Part shown: positions 1 through 9,003 of the stretch, in pieces
Layout: each line of letters begins with the position of its first letter
Numbering within the stretch: position 1 is the first letter of the stretch
Source of the DNA: Myxococcota bacterium
GTDB taxonomy: Bacteria; Myxococcota_A; UBA9160; PR03
Direction of reading: 5' to 3'
Length of the DNA stretch: 12,223 bases
NCBI GenBank assembly: GCA_041611735.1
Contig: JBFIML010000075.1
Coordinates: 1 to 12,223 of the forward strand
Notes under the pieces: model-generated
Database searches by the model: none
Seen by the model: the letters and a program-made list of their open reading frames with translations, nothing else
What the model was told of the DNA's origin: nothing
Position numbers and translations under genes: made by a program

Positions 1-2
1 CC

Positions 3-233
3 TCGGACCGCAACGAGGCGCGGGCCTTCCTGGCCGCCTTCGGCGCCGCCCCAGGGCGCCTGGAGGAAGCCCTGTCGCCGGCGTTGCGCCAGCGGCTGGT
101 GCGTGCCGCCACGGCGGGCTTCCTGGTCGCCCACCTGGGAGGAGCAGGCGTCGCCCTGGCGACGCGGCCGGAGCGGGCCGACCTGGCCCGCCAGTGGCGT
201 CACGTGGCCGAGTGGCTGCCGGCGCCCGCCTAG
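3..233 (+). CDS. 3' end of a gene entering from the left edge; product unknown
   Basis: Frame starting at nt 3 is open, with GC-rich third positions (SDRNEARAFLAAFGAAPGRLEEALSPALRQRLVRAATAGFLVAHLGG...WLPAPA*). It ends at TAG 231-233, overlapping the convergent LOG stop in CTAG 230-233. Not in the supplied ORF track because the start lies outside the window. Confidence 0.65.
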   Translation, partial: SDRNEARAFLAAFGAAPGRLEEALSPALRQRLVRAATAGFLVAHLGGAGVALATRPERADLARQWRHVAEWLPAPA

Positions 234-1375
234 CCCTCCTCCAGCTCGGCCCGCTCCTGCTCGGGAGGCAGACGCCCCTCCACGATCTCGTGGGAGCTCG
301 CGTCGACGGCGGGCGCCGCGCGCTCCGCCACCAGGGCGTTCAGGCGGTCGATCAGCCGGCGCATGCGCCCGAGGTCGCGACGGTTGAAGTGAAGGAGCAC
401 GCGGGCATGCGACTTCGCGTCGTCCCCCTCCTCCGGCAGCGCGGGGCCCACCTCGATGCGGCCGTCCACCAGGAGGTCCCGAAACTCGCGGTCCAGCTCC
501 TCGAGCTGGCGGGGCGTCGGCGCCACGCGCACGCGCAGCACCAGCCGGTCGTCCACGTAGCGGCTCGAGTGGTAGTTGGCGTAGAAGCCCAGCACCTCGC
601 GCACCGCCACATCCACGTCGTCGGTGACCCGGAAGAGCTCCAGGTCCTCGGCGGCGATCAGGCCGCGCTCCCGAAGGTGCGAGGCCGCAAAGGCGGACCA
701 GTCCTTCCAGTAGCGGCCGCCCGGCGCGTCCACGAACACGACGGGCAGCATCTCCCCGCGGCCGGTTTGGATCAGGGTCAGCGACTCGAAGGCCTCGTCC
801 AGCGTGCCGAACCCGCCCGGGAACAGCACGATCGCGTGGGCCTCCTTCACGAACATGAGCTTGCGGGTGAAGAAGTAGCGGAAGTTGATGAGCTTCGGGT
901 CCCCGGCGATCACCTGGTTGGCGCGCTGCTCGAAGGGCAGACGGATGTTCATGCCGAACGAGGCCTCGCGGCCGGCTCCCGCCTGGGCGGCGCCCATGAT
1001 GCCACCGCCGGCGCCGGTGATGACCATCCAACCCTGGGCCACGATGCGCTCTGCGAAGCGGCGCGCCTGCTCCCAGTCCGGATGGCCCGGCGGCGTGCGG
1101 GCGCTGCCGAAGATCGCCACCTTGCGCCGCCCCTGGTGGGGGGCGTACACGCGCAGGGCGTGGCGGAGCTCCTTCAAGGCACTGTTCACGAGCTTCAGGT
1201 CGCCGCTCGCAGCGCCGTCGCCCCACAGGCGCAGGGCCGTCACGATCATCTGGCGCAGGTAGTCGGCGCCGGGCAGGGCCCCGTAGCTCTGCTGGGCCAG
1301 GGCGACGAGCTCCTCGACCAGGCGGTTGAGCTCCGGGTCGCGGGGCTCGTAACGACGGCGCGTGGCGCGTCCCAC
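230..1375 (-). CDS. LOG-family (Lonely Guy / 'lysine decarboxylase-like') nucleotide monophosphate phosphoribohydrolase, long form, 381 aa
   Basis: Motifs IFGSAR, ITGAGGGIMGAA, NIRLPFEQ, FRYFFTRKLMFVK and the signature FPGGFGTLDE. Has N- and C-terminal extensions relative to the ~200 aa core. GTG start at 1375. Confidence 0.92.
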   Translation of the reverse strand: MGRATRRRYEPRDPELNRLVEELVALAQQSYGALPGADYLRQMIVTALRLWGDGAASGDLKLVNSALKELRHALRVYAPHQGRRKVAIFGSARTPPGHPDWEQARRFAERIVAQGWMVITGAGGGIMGAAQAGAGREASFGMNIRLPFEQRANQVIAGDPKLINFRYFFTRKLMFVKEAHAIVLFPGGFGTLDEAFESLTLIQTGRGEMLPVVFVDAPGGRYWKDWSAFAASHLRERGLIAAEDLELFRVTDDVDVAVREVLGFYANYHSSRYVDDRLVLRVRVAPTPRQLEELDREFRDLLVDGRIEVGPALPEEGDDAKSHARVLLHFNRRDLGRMRRLIDRLNALVAERAAPAVDASSHEIVEGRLPPEQERAELEEG

Positions 1376-1381
1376 GCAGGG

Positions 1382-1387
1382 AGGCTA
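1382..1387 (-). promoter_or_regulatory. Candidate -10 hexamer (TAGCCT) for a leaderless LOG transcript
   Basis: Minus strand reads TAGCCT-CCCTGC-GTG, a TANNNT hexamer 6 nt before the start codon, with no Shine-Dalgarno in between. Confidence 0.45.
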
Positions 1388-1434
1388 ACGGCTGGGCGCG
1401 GGCGCCGTCAGGGTCGGCCGGGGCCGTCGGCCGC

Positions 1435-2139
1435 TCAGATGTCCAGGTCCTCGAAAGCCAGCGAGACCCGCCAGGTCTTGAAGTTCACGGTGCTCGCCAC
1501 GGCGGCGGCGGTGTAGCTGAGATCGCCGAGCGGCGCCTCGAGGAGGACCATGCCCCGCACCTCGGTGCCGCTGCGGGCGAGCTGCTTGCGCACCCAGCCG
1601 ATGCGCTGGAGGACCTCCGCCACCGGATCTCGCAAGGGGTCCGGGTCGGCGATCACCACCACCACGAAGCCGCCCGCGGCGTCCCGCGCCAGCAGATCGA
1701 TCTCGCCCACGTCAGTGGGGTAGCCGATGCCGACGGGCCGTCCCTGCTCGTCGCGCACCACCGCGAGGCCCGGCTCCAGGAGCCCGGGCTGCTGGGCGAG
1801 CTGGGCGCGCAGCTGGCCCGGGTCGAGCTTGAGGGACGACCCGCTGCGCGTGGCCCGGGTGGGGGCCGGGCGCGCGGGGCGGACAGGCGCCGGGCGCACG
1901 GGCCGGGCCACCTGCGGGGGCGGCGCGGCGGCGCCGGTGTCGTCCAGATCCACCTCGTCGTAGAGCTCGACCTCCGCGGGCGAGGGAAGCTGGGCGTTGG
2001 CCAGGGAGGCGCGAGGTCGGGCCGCCACCGGCTTGCCGCCGGGGCTGGCAGAGAGGCTCAGGTCGCGCGCCACGCGCCCGCAGTTCGGGCAGATGCGCTG
2101 ACCGTCCTCGAGACGCGTGCTGCACGCGCGACAGAACAT
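1435..2139 (-). CDS. Zinc-ribbon + Pro/Ala/Arg-rich linker + degenerate NucS/EndoMS C-terminal-like (PD-(D/E)xK fold) protein, 234 aa
   Basis: N-terminal CRAC-x10-CPNC and a low-complexity linker. The C-terminal domain LLEPGL...GIGYPTDVGEIDLLARDAAGGFVVVVIA...EVLQRIGWVRKQL...VRGMVL resembles the NucS C-terminal pattern. GAGG lies 7 nt upstream of ATG 2139. Confidence 0.75.
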   Translation of the reverse strand: MFCRACSTRLEDGQRICPNCGRVARDLSLSASPGGKPVAARPRASLANAQLPSPAEVELYDEVDLDDTGAAAPPPQVARPVRPAPVRPARPAPTRATRSGSSLKLDPGQLRAQLAQQPGLLEPGLAVVRDEQGRPVGIGYPTDVGEIDLLARDAAGGFVVVVIADPDPLRDPVAEVLQRIGWVRKQLARSGTEVRGMVLLEAPLGDLSYTAAAVASTVNFKTWRVSLAFEDLDI

Positions 2140-2248
2140 GGCGGCGCCTCGCCGCGGGGCTCGCGACCGCCCAATGGCCCCGGTTCCCCCCGCCTGGCTC
2201 CTTTCGTCCGGACGGCCCCCGGGGCTTAGGGGGCCCCACCGAAGCGCT

Positions 2249-5200
2249 TCAGGCGGCTCCGCGCAGGGCCCGCAGCCGCTCGATCATCACCGCCTGGGCG
2301 CTCGGCCCCCCGCTCGTCCCGGCCCGGCGCTGGAGCTCGCGCACCTGGGTGAGCAGGGGTGCGTGCGCCTCCAGGAAGGCCTCGGTGGCCGCCAGGGGAT
2401 CCTCGGGCTTGCCGGCCAGGACCGCCTCGGTCAGCTCCCGCTGGAGGTCGAGCAGGTCCCAACGCAGATCCGCCAGCAGCATGTGGTCCCACAGGTCCTC
2501 GGCCCGGATCTGGGGCAGCCGGCGGTAGATGCCGTTGATGCCGGTGGCGTCGCCCACGCGCGCGTACACGCGGGCCGCCAGCAGCGGCGCCACGGGAACC
2601 TCCTCGCAGATGCGCACGATGTTCAGGCCCCGGTCCGCCAGCGGCAGCACGGCCACGTCCATGGCCAGGTTCTCGGGCAGCCCCTGCTCCACGAGGGCGT
2701 CGCGGCGCCGCTCCACCTGCTCCGCCTCGCCGGCGCTCAGGAACTCGCCGCGGTGGTCGCGCAGCTCGGCGAGCCCCGCTCGCAGGCGCTCCAGGCGGCG
2801 CGGGTCCGGCTCGTTGCTCCCGCTGCGCACCAGGAAGCGCGCCACGTGGCGCACGGCGCGATCCGTCTCGATCAGCGCGGCATAGGTTGGCTCGCGCGGA
2901 ATGGCTTCTGCCGGCCCCAGCAGGCGCTGGCGGTAGATCGGGATCTCGAGCACGTCCTCGGCCAGCAGCAGGGCGCACGCCGCCTCGGGGATCTCCACAC
3001 CGAGCTCGCTCAACAGGGTGGGGATCGCGGTGACGCCGACCACGTCGAGCAGACGGTTCGTCATCACCAGGGCGGTGATCTCGCGCCGCAAGCGATGGCC
3101 GCGCACGGCCTCCGGAAAGGCGCTCCGAAAGGTGCGGGGGAAGTAGCTCTCGAGCAGCGGCTCGCAGTAGGCCCGGGTGACGAGGTCGCTCTCCGCCAGG
3201 GCCTGGCGGGTGCGCAGCTTGGCGAGACCCAGCAGGACCGCGAGCTCGGGCCGGGTGAGCCCCTCGCCGGCGGCGGCGCGACGAGCCAGCGCCCGGGCGT
3301 CCGGCAGACGCAGCTCCCCGGCATCCACGGCCTCGGGCTCGCACAGGAACTCGATGGCGCGCTGGAAGGACTCGAGATCCTGGCGCGAGCGGCGCTCGTC
3401 CAGGGAAAGGGCGAGGGCCTGACCGCGGTTGTGGGCCAGCACGCTCTCGCAGGCATCGGCGGCGGCCTGCCCGAGCGCCCGGCTGCGCTCCTCCGGCGCG
3501 AGGCGTCCGGAGCGCAGCAGCGGCGCCAGCAAGACCTTGTAGTTCACCTCGTGGTCGGAGAGGTCCACGCCCGCCGAATTGTCGATGGCATCCGTGTTGA
3601 GCCGAACCCCAGCCCGGGCGGCTTCGATGCGGCCCGCCTGGGTGAACCCCAGGTTGCCGCCCTCCCCCACCACCCGCGCGCGTAGGGCCCTGGCGTCGAT
3701 GCGCACCGCATCGTTGGCCCGATCGCCCACGTCCGCGTGGCCCTCGCTGGACGCCTTGACGTAGGTGCCGATCCCGCCGTTCCACAGCAGGTCCATGGGC
3801 ATGGCCAGGATGGCGCGCACCACCTCGTTTCCGCTGGCCTGTGCCTTGGCCAGGCCGAGGCGTTCGCGCACGCGGGGCGAGAGATCGATGCGCTTGGCCG
3901 TGCGCGGGAAGACCCCTCCTCCCGCCGAGATTGCGGCCGTGTCGTAGTCGGCCCAGGTCGATCCCGGCAGCTCGAACAGGCGCTTGCGCTCGGCCCACGC
4001 AACCTCGGGATCCGGGTCCGGATCCAGGAAGACGTGGCGGTGGTCGAAGGCGGCCAGCAGCTGGACGCGTCGCGCCAGCAGCATGCCGTTGCCGAACACG
4101 TCGCCGGACATGTCACCGATGCCGACCGCCGTGAAGGCATCCGTCTCGGGGTCGATCCCGAGCTCCGCGAAGTGGTGCTTCACGCACTCCCAGGCGCCCC
4201 GGGCGGTAATGCCGAACTTCTTGTGGTCGTAGCCCTCGGAGCCCCCCGAGGCGAAGGCGTCGCCCAGCCAGAAGTCGTGCTCCGCGGAGACGGCGTTGGC
4301 CACGTCGGAGAGATGCGCGGTGCCCTTGTCCGCCGCCACGACCAGGTAGGGGTCGTCGTCGTCGTGCCGGTACACGTCGGCGGGCGGCTCCACCTTCCCG
4401 TCCGCGTCCACGTTGTCGGTCAGGTCGAGCAGGCTCGCCACGAACACCCGGTACTGCTCGTCGGCCAGGGCGCGCGCCTCGCGGGGCGAGAGCCCGTGCC
4501 GCTTGAGCACGAAGCCTCCCTTGGCGCCGACCGGGACGATCAGGCCGTTCTTCAGCATCTGCGTGCGCATCAGCCCGAGGATCTCGACCCGCAGGTCGTC
4601 GGCACGGTCGCTCCAGCGCAGACCCCCGCGCGCCACTGCGCCACCGCGCAGATGGATCCCCATCATCGGCGCCGAGTGCACGAACACCTCGCGGTGCGGC
4701 CGAGGACCGCCGATCTCGGGCACCCGGGCCGGGTCGAGCTTGAAGGCGATGCGGTGCGGACCCCGCTGCGGCGCGAAGAAGCTGGTGCGCAGGGTGGCTT
4801 CCACCAGCGCGTGCAGCCCGGCCAGAGCGCGGTCCTCGTTGAGGGACGGGATGCGGTCCCGGTAGGCTTCGAAGGCCTGCTCGAGCCAGCTCCCGCGCTC
4901 TCGCCGCTCGGTCTCGGGCAGGGCCGGGTCGAAGCGGGCCTCGTGGAGCAGCACGAGGAGACGTACGGCCAGGGGATTCTCCAGCAGGACGCCGCGCACG
5001 AAGGGGCGCGCCAGCGTCCCCTGGATCTGCATGAAGTATTCGACGTAGGCTCGCACCGCGTCGACCTGCTTCCAGTCCAGGCCGGCGCCGAGCACGAGGC
5101 CGTTCAGGGCGTCGTCGGGCACCTCCCTGGCCAGCACCGCGCGCAGCGCCTCCCCGAGCCGCGGCGCGACCACGTCGAGATCCTCCTGGGTCCCGCCCAG

Positions 5201-7027
5201 GGGCAGCACGCGCAGCGTCTCCACCACCGCCGGCGGGCCGTCGGTGGGCTGCACGAGGGCCTGGGTGGCGTCGACCACCCGGATCCCGAAGTGGTCCACC
5301 ACCGGCAGCAGGTCGGACAGGAGCGGCGCCTCGCGCAGGAAGATCTTGATGACGGTGGTCTCGTGCGAGGGGTCGGCGCGGTCGAAGTAGATTGCGAACT
5401 GCGGCGTTGCGGTGGCCGCCAGCGCCTCGAGCGCCTCCACGTCGCGCACCGCGTCGGCCGGGTCGGTGCGCACGCGCAACGCCTCGGGGAAGGCCGTCTC
5501 GTAGCGGGCGGCCAGCACCGCGGCGCGGGTCTCGCTGTAGTGCTCCAGCAGCGCCTCGTCCAGGCGGTCCTCCCAGCGCGAGCAGAGCGCCTGGATCTGC
5601 GGCTCGAGCCGCGCGGGATCTGGCAGCTCGAGGCGGCCCGCGCTGGACGTTCCGAAGTAGTGCAGGACGGCCGTGCCCTCCTCGATGAAGGAGGCGCGAT
5701 CGTCCAGGTAGGTGGCGCCGGTGCACGCCTGGAGCAGCTGGCCGATGCGGCCACGCAGGTCCTCGCCGTAACGTTCGCGCGGGATCAGGACCGCCGCGTA
5801 GAAGGAACGCCGCGGCCGGTCCGCGCGCAGCACCAGGTTCACCTGCTTGCTGCCCTCGGAGTCGACCATCTCGCGGATCAGCTCGGCGATGCCGTCCACG
5901 TCGCTGCCGAGCAGGAACTCCACGGGGGCCGAGTCGAAGGCGGCCACCATCGCCTTCCAGCGGTGTGAGCCACGCGGGGACCCGTCGCGCGCCAGGATCT
6001 GCTCGAGCCGCTCCGAGAGCAGCGGAACCTGGGAGGCGGGGATGCGCAGGGCCCGGAAGGCGAATTGCCCGAAGACGATGGTGAAGCCGGTGGTCTGGCC
6101 CTGGTCGTCGAGGTCCATCACCACCACCCGGTCGAGGCGCCCGGGCCGGTGCATGCGCGACTCGAGGCGCGACTTGTCGATCAGGATGATGCGGGGGTCC
6201 TCCAGGACGATGCGGATGTCCTCGGGAATGTCCGGCCCGCGGCGCGGCTCGCGCAGCACGCTGGTGGCGTCGTCGCGCCAGAGTCCGAGCCCGGAGCCCG
6301 GGATCAGACGCACCTCGAGCTCGCCGTCCACCTGGCGCAGCCCGTAGCGGCGCACGCCCATGAAGACGAAGCGGTCCTCGATGAGCCAGTTCAAGAAGCG
6401 GCAGATGCGGGCGGCCCGCTCGGAACCGCCTTCCAGGTGGCGTCCCGCGTACTCGACGTTGGCGCCGAGCTCCCGCACCACACGGATCATGCGGCGGTGG
6501 TCCTCGGTCACGTCCCGCACGGTGTCCATGAGCTCGCGCAGGGCCCCCGCCAGCTCCCCGAGCCGCCCGGCGTCCTCCACGCGCGGGACCACCTCCGCGT
6601 AGACCAGGGACTCCGCCCGGGCTACGCCCCGGGTCCCCAGGCGCTCCAGGCACCCGTCCGCCGCGCGCTGGGCCGGCAGGATCGGATGCAGGAAGATCCG
6701 CTCGCGCAGGCCGTGGCGCTGCAGGAACATGCGCAGGCTGTCCACGATGAACGGCCGATCGTCCTGGAGCAGCTGCACGAGCGTGTGGCCGGGCCGGTCG
6801 CTGGGGTTCTCCACCCGGACGGCGATCTGGCCCGGCTCCCGCCGCGCCGCGAAGGCGAAGGCGTCCGCGGCCAGGCGCGCCAGGGCGCTCTCGCCACCGG
6901 CGGGATGGCGCTCCAACCCGCGCAGCAGGGTGCGGGCGAAGCCGTCGAACACCACGCGCAGGGAGCCCTCCACGTGCTCCTGCGCCGCCTCGATCACCCG
7001 ATCGATTGCGGGCCGTTCGGCGTCCAC
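2249..7027 (-). CDS. gdhB: Large (~180 kDa class) NAD-specific glutamate dehydrogenase, ~1592 aa
   Basis: Motifs [90 protein letters not shown] and [17 protein letters not shown], plus N-terminal DDRPFIVDS. Start re-called to GTG 7027 (VDAERPAID); the ORF extension to 7318 overlaps the divergent gene and is low-complexity. Confidence 0.95.
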   Translation of the reverse strand: MDAERPAIDRVIEAAQEHVEGSLRVVFDGFARTLLRGLERHPAGGESALARLAADAFAFAARREPGQIAVRVENPSDRPGHTLVQLLQDDRPFIVDSLRMFLQRHGLRERIFLHPILPAQRAADGCLERLGTRGVARAESLVYAEVVPRVEDAGRLGELAGALRELMDTVRDVTEDHRRMIRVVRELGANVEYAGRHLEGGSERAARICRFLNWLIEDRFVFMGVRRYGLRQVDGELEVRLIPGSGLGLWRDDATSVLREPRRGPDIPEDIRIVLEDPRIILIDKSRLESRMHRPGRLDRVVVMDLDDQGQTTGFTIVFGQFAFRALRIPASQVPLLSERLEQILARDGSPRGSHRWKAMVAAFDSAPVEFLLGSDVDGIAELIREMVDSEGSKQVNLVLRADRPRRSFYAAVLIPRERYGEDLRGRIGQLLQACTGATYLDDRASFIEEGTAVLHYFGTSSAGRLELPDPARLEPQIQALCSRWEDRLDEALLEHYSETRAAVLAARYETAFPEALRVRTDPADAVRDVEALEALAATATPQFAIYFDRADPSHETTVIKIFLREAPLLSDLLPVVDHFGIRVVDATQALVQPTDGPPAVVETLRVLPLGGTQEDLDVVAPRLGEALRAVLAREVPDDALNGLVLGAGLDWKQVDAVRAYVEYFMQIQGTLARPFVRGVLLENPLAVRLLVLLHEARFDPALPETERRERGSWLEQAFEAYRDRIPSLNEDRALAGLHALVEATLRTSFFAPQRGPHRIAFKLDPARVPEIGGPRPHREVFVHSAPMMGIHLRGGAVARGGLRWSDRADDLRVEILGLMRTQMLKNGLIVPVGAKGGFVLKRHGLSPREARALADEQYRVFVASLLDLTDNVDADGKVEPPADVYRHDDDDPYLVVAADKGTAHLSDVANAVSAEHDFWLGDAFASGGSEGYDHKKFGITARGAWECVKHHFAELGIDPETDAFTAVGIGDMSGDVFGNGMLLARRVQLLAAFDHRHVFLDPDPDPEVAWAERKRLFELPGSTWADYDTAAISAGGGVFPRTAKRIDLSPRVRERLGLAKAQASGNEVVRAILAMPMDLLWNGGIGTYVKASSEGHADVGDRANDAVRIDARALRARVVGEGGNLGFTQAGRIEAARAGVRLNTDAIDNSAGVDLSDHEVNYKVLLAPLLRSGRLAPEERSRALGQAAADACESVLAHNRGQALALSLDERRSRQDLESFQRAIEFLCEPEAVDAGELRLPDARALARRAAAGEGLTRPELAVLLGLAKLRTRQALAESDLVTRAYCEPLLESYFPRTFRSAFPEAVRGHRLRREITALVMTNRLLDVVGVTAIPTLLSELGVEIPEAACALLLAEDVLEIPIYRQRLLGPAEAIPREPTYAALIETDRAVRHVARFLVRSGSNEPDPRRLERLRAGLAELRDHRGEFLSAGEAEQVERRRDALVEQGLPENLAMDVAVLPLADRGLNIVRICEEVPVAPLLAARVYARVGDATGINGIYRRLPQIRAEDLWDHMLLADLRWDLLDLQRELTEAVLAGKPEDPLAATEAFLEAHAPLLTQVRELQRRAGTSGGPSAQAVMIERLRALRGAA

Positions 7028-7035
7028 CGGAGGGG

Positions 7036-7041
7036 ATGGTA
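7036..7041 (-). promoter_or_regulatory. Candidate -10 hexamer (TACCAT) for a leaderless or near-leaderless gdhB transcript
   Basis: Minus strand reads TACCAT-CCCCTCCG-GTG, a TANNNT hexamer 8 nt before the start codon, with no purine-rich SD. Confidence 0.45.
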
Positions 7042-7125
7042 GTGAGCGGATGGCGGCCTCGCATGCCGCAGGCCGGCGGGGGTGGTCGCGCGCCGGCTGG
7101 GCTATCCCTCCGTTCGAGGGTCCGC

Positions 7126-8070
7126 ATGAAGGCCGTGTTGCAGTACCGGGCCAGTCCCGGCTTCCGCGCGCAGATCGAGCAGGAGGCGCCTGGCTGGCTG
7201 GAGGTCGTGGTGGTGGAGGAGACCGACCGGCCGCGCTTCGGCGGGGAGATGCGCGACGCGCGGGTCCTGCTTCACGTGCTCGAGCCGGTGACCGCCGCGG
7301 TGATCGCTGCGGCTCCACGGCTCGGGCTCGTCCAGAAGCTCGGGGTGGGGGTCAACACCATCGACCTCGAGGCCGCCCGGGCCCGGGGCATCGCCATCTG
7401 CAACATGCCGGGGACGAACACGCCGGCCGTGGCGGAGCTCGCCCTGCTCCTCGTGCTCGGGGCCCTGCGCCGCGTGGCCTACTTCGATCGCGCGACGCGC
7501 CGCGGCCTGGGCTGGCAGGCGGAGCTGCCGCACTTCGACGGGGTGGGCGAGCTGGCGGGCCGCAGCGTGGGTCTGCTGGGCTACGGGGCCGTGGCGCGGC
7601 ACCTGGCGCCCGCGCTGGCCGCCCTGGGCGCGAGGGTGCTCTATACCGCCCGCACGCCCAAGGCCGACGCCCAGGCGGCCTGGCGCACGCTTCCCCAGCT
7701 GCTGGCCGAGGCGGACGTGGTGTCCCTGCACCTGCCCCTCACGCCGGAGACCGAGCAGCTCATGAATGCGGAGCGCTTCGCCAGCATGAAGCCGGGCAGC
7801 GTGCTGGTGAACACGGCGCGCGGGGGGCTCGTGGACGAGGCGGCCCTGCTCGAGGCCCTGCGCTCCGGTCACCTGCGCGCCGCGGGGCTCGATGTCTTTG
7901 CCGAGGAGCCCGTCAAGCCGGACCATCCGCTGCTGGCCCTCGACAACGTGGTGGTGACGCCGCACCTGGCGTGGCTCACCCCGGAGACGCTGGCGCGGAG
8001 CCTGGCGGTGGCCTTCGACAACTGCCGCCGCCTGCGCGACGGGGAGCCGCTGCGTCACCGGGTCGTCTGA
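7126..8070 (+). CDS. D-isomer-specific 2-hydroxyacid dehydrogenase (glyoxylate/hydroxypyruvate reductase or SerA-like), 314 aa
   Basis: Motifs [47 protein letters not shown] (catalytic Arg), LDVFAEEP (Glu) and TPHLA (His). Start re-called to ATG 7126, with GAGGG at 7116-7120. Confidence 0.92.
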   Translation: MKAVLQYRASPGFRAQIEQEAPGWLEVVVVEETDRPRFGGEMRDARVLLHVLEPVTAAVIAAAPRLGLVQKLGVGVNTIDLEAARARGIAICNMPGTNTPAVAELALLLVLGALRRVAYFDRATRRGLGWQAELPHFDGVGELAGRSVGLLGYGAVARHLAPALAALGARVLYTARTPKADAQAAWRTLPQLLAEADVVSLHLPLTPETEQLMNAERFASMKPGSVLVNTARGGLVDEAALLEALRSGHLRAAGLDVFAEEPVKPDHPLLALDNVVVTPHLAWLTPETLARSLAVAFDNCRRLRDGEPLRHRVV

Positions 8071-8090
8071 AGCGGGAGAAGGAGGATTCC

Positions 8091-8969
8091 ATGATCTCGG
8101 CCGAGGAACGTCCGAAGCGACACGTCCGCGTGCACGGTAGCCGCATGGCCTACGTGGAGGCCGGCGCCGGCGATCCGATCGTCTTGCTGCACGGGAACCC
8201 CACGTCCTCGTACCTCTGGCGCAACGTGATCCCGCACCTGGAGGGGCTCGGACGCTGCCTGGCCCCGGACCTGATCGGCATGGGCGACTCGGACAAGCTC
8301 GAGCCGAGCGGCCCGGAGCGCTACCGCTTCGTGGAGCATCGCCGCCATCTGGACGCATGCTTCGAGGCGCTCGGGGTGCGCGAGAAGGTGACGCTGGTGG
8401 TGCACGACTGGGGCTCGGCGCTCGGCTTCGACTGGGCGCGCAGGCATCCCGACGCCGTCCGGGGCATCGCCTACATGGAGGCGATCGTGCGGCCGCTCTC
8501 GTGGGCCGACTGGCCCGACGCCGCCCGCAAGGTCTTCGAGGGCTTCCGCTCGCCCGCCGGCGAGGCCATGGTGCTCGAGAACAACGTGTTCGTGGAGCGG
8601 GTGCTGCCCGGCTCGATCCTGCGCAAGCTCGCGGATGCGGAGATGGAGGTGTACCGGCGCCCCTACCGGGAACCGGGCGAGAGCCGCCGCCCGACCCTCA
8701 CCTGGCCGCGGGAGATCCCGATCGACGGGGAGCCCGCCGACGTGCACGAGATCGTGAAGGGCTACGCCGACTGGCTCTCCCGCGCGCCCGTGCCGAAGCT
8801 GTTCGTGAACGCGGAGCCCGGGGCGATCCTGACCGGTGCGCAGCGCGAGTTCTGCCGCGGCTGGCCGCATCAGAGCGAGGTGACCGTGACGGGCGGCCAC
8901 TTCGTCCAGGAGGACGCTCCGGACGAGATCGGCCGGGCCGTGGCAGAGTGGCTGAGCGGCCTGGCCTGA
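8091..8969 (+). CDS. dhaA: Haloalkane dehalogenase, subfamily HLD-II (LinB/DhaA-like), 292 aa
   Basis: Full catalytic pentad visible: [12 protein letters not shown] (Asn), VHDWGSALG (Asp nucleophile + Trp), YMEAIV (Glu) and GHFVQED (His). Also [12 protein letters not shown] and [12 protein letters not shown]. Strong SD AAGGAGG at 8079-8085 before ATG 8091. Confidence 0.93.
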   Translation: MISAEERPKRHVRVHGSRMAYVEAGAGDPIVLLHGNPTSSYLWRNVIPHLEGLGRCLAPDLIGMGDSDKLEPSGPERYRFVEHRRHLDACFEALGVREKVTLVVHDWGSALGFDWARRHPDAVRGIAYMEAIVRPLSWADWPDAARKVFEGFRSPAGEAMVLENNVFVERVLPGSILRKLADAEMEVYRRPYREPGESRRPTLTWPREIPIDGEPADVHEIVKGYADWLSRAPVPKLFVNAEPGAILTGAQREFCRGWPHQSEVTVTGGHFVQEDAPDEIGRAVAEWLSGLA

Positions 8970-9003
8970 GTCGGCTCGAAAGCGCGGGGACGGACCGCCG
9001 CCT

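Noticed and set aside
1850..1935. Short imperfect repeats encoding ARPVRPAPVRPARPAP
   Set aside because: Protein-level low-complexity linker, not a CRISPR array or DNA repeat element.
4540..4580. gdhB reads [11 protein letters not shown] where I recall LGLVKAQxVKN as more usual
   Set aside because: Conservative changes with all other catalytic motifs intact; no basis for claiming altered function without an alignment.
2117..7042. Long antisense ORFs opposite gdhB (2117-3685, 3737-5968, 6065-7042); similar ones lie opposite LOG (194-1516), sppA and tauD
   Set aside because: Expected shadow ORFs from strong GC3 bias; no recognisable motifs, and they mirror well-supported genes.
4113..7127. 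1004 aa alternative-frame ORF and other Arg/Pro/Gly-rich same-strand ORFs
   Set aside because: Low-complexity translations typical of off-frame reading in high-GC DNA.
6729..8090. 746 aa ORF implying an N-terminally extended dehalogenase
   Set aside because: The extension overlaps gdhB and the dehydrogenase out of frame; the AAGGAGG SD marks ATG 8091.
8970..9003. Possible bidirectional terminator between the convergent dhaA and crotonase genes
   Set aside because: No convincing stem and no U-tract on either strand.
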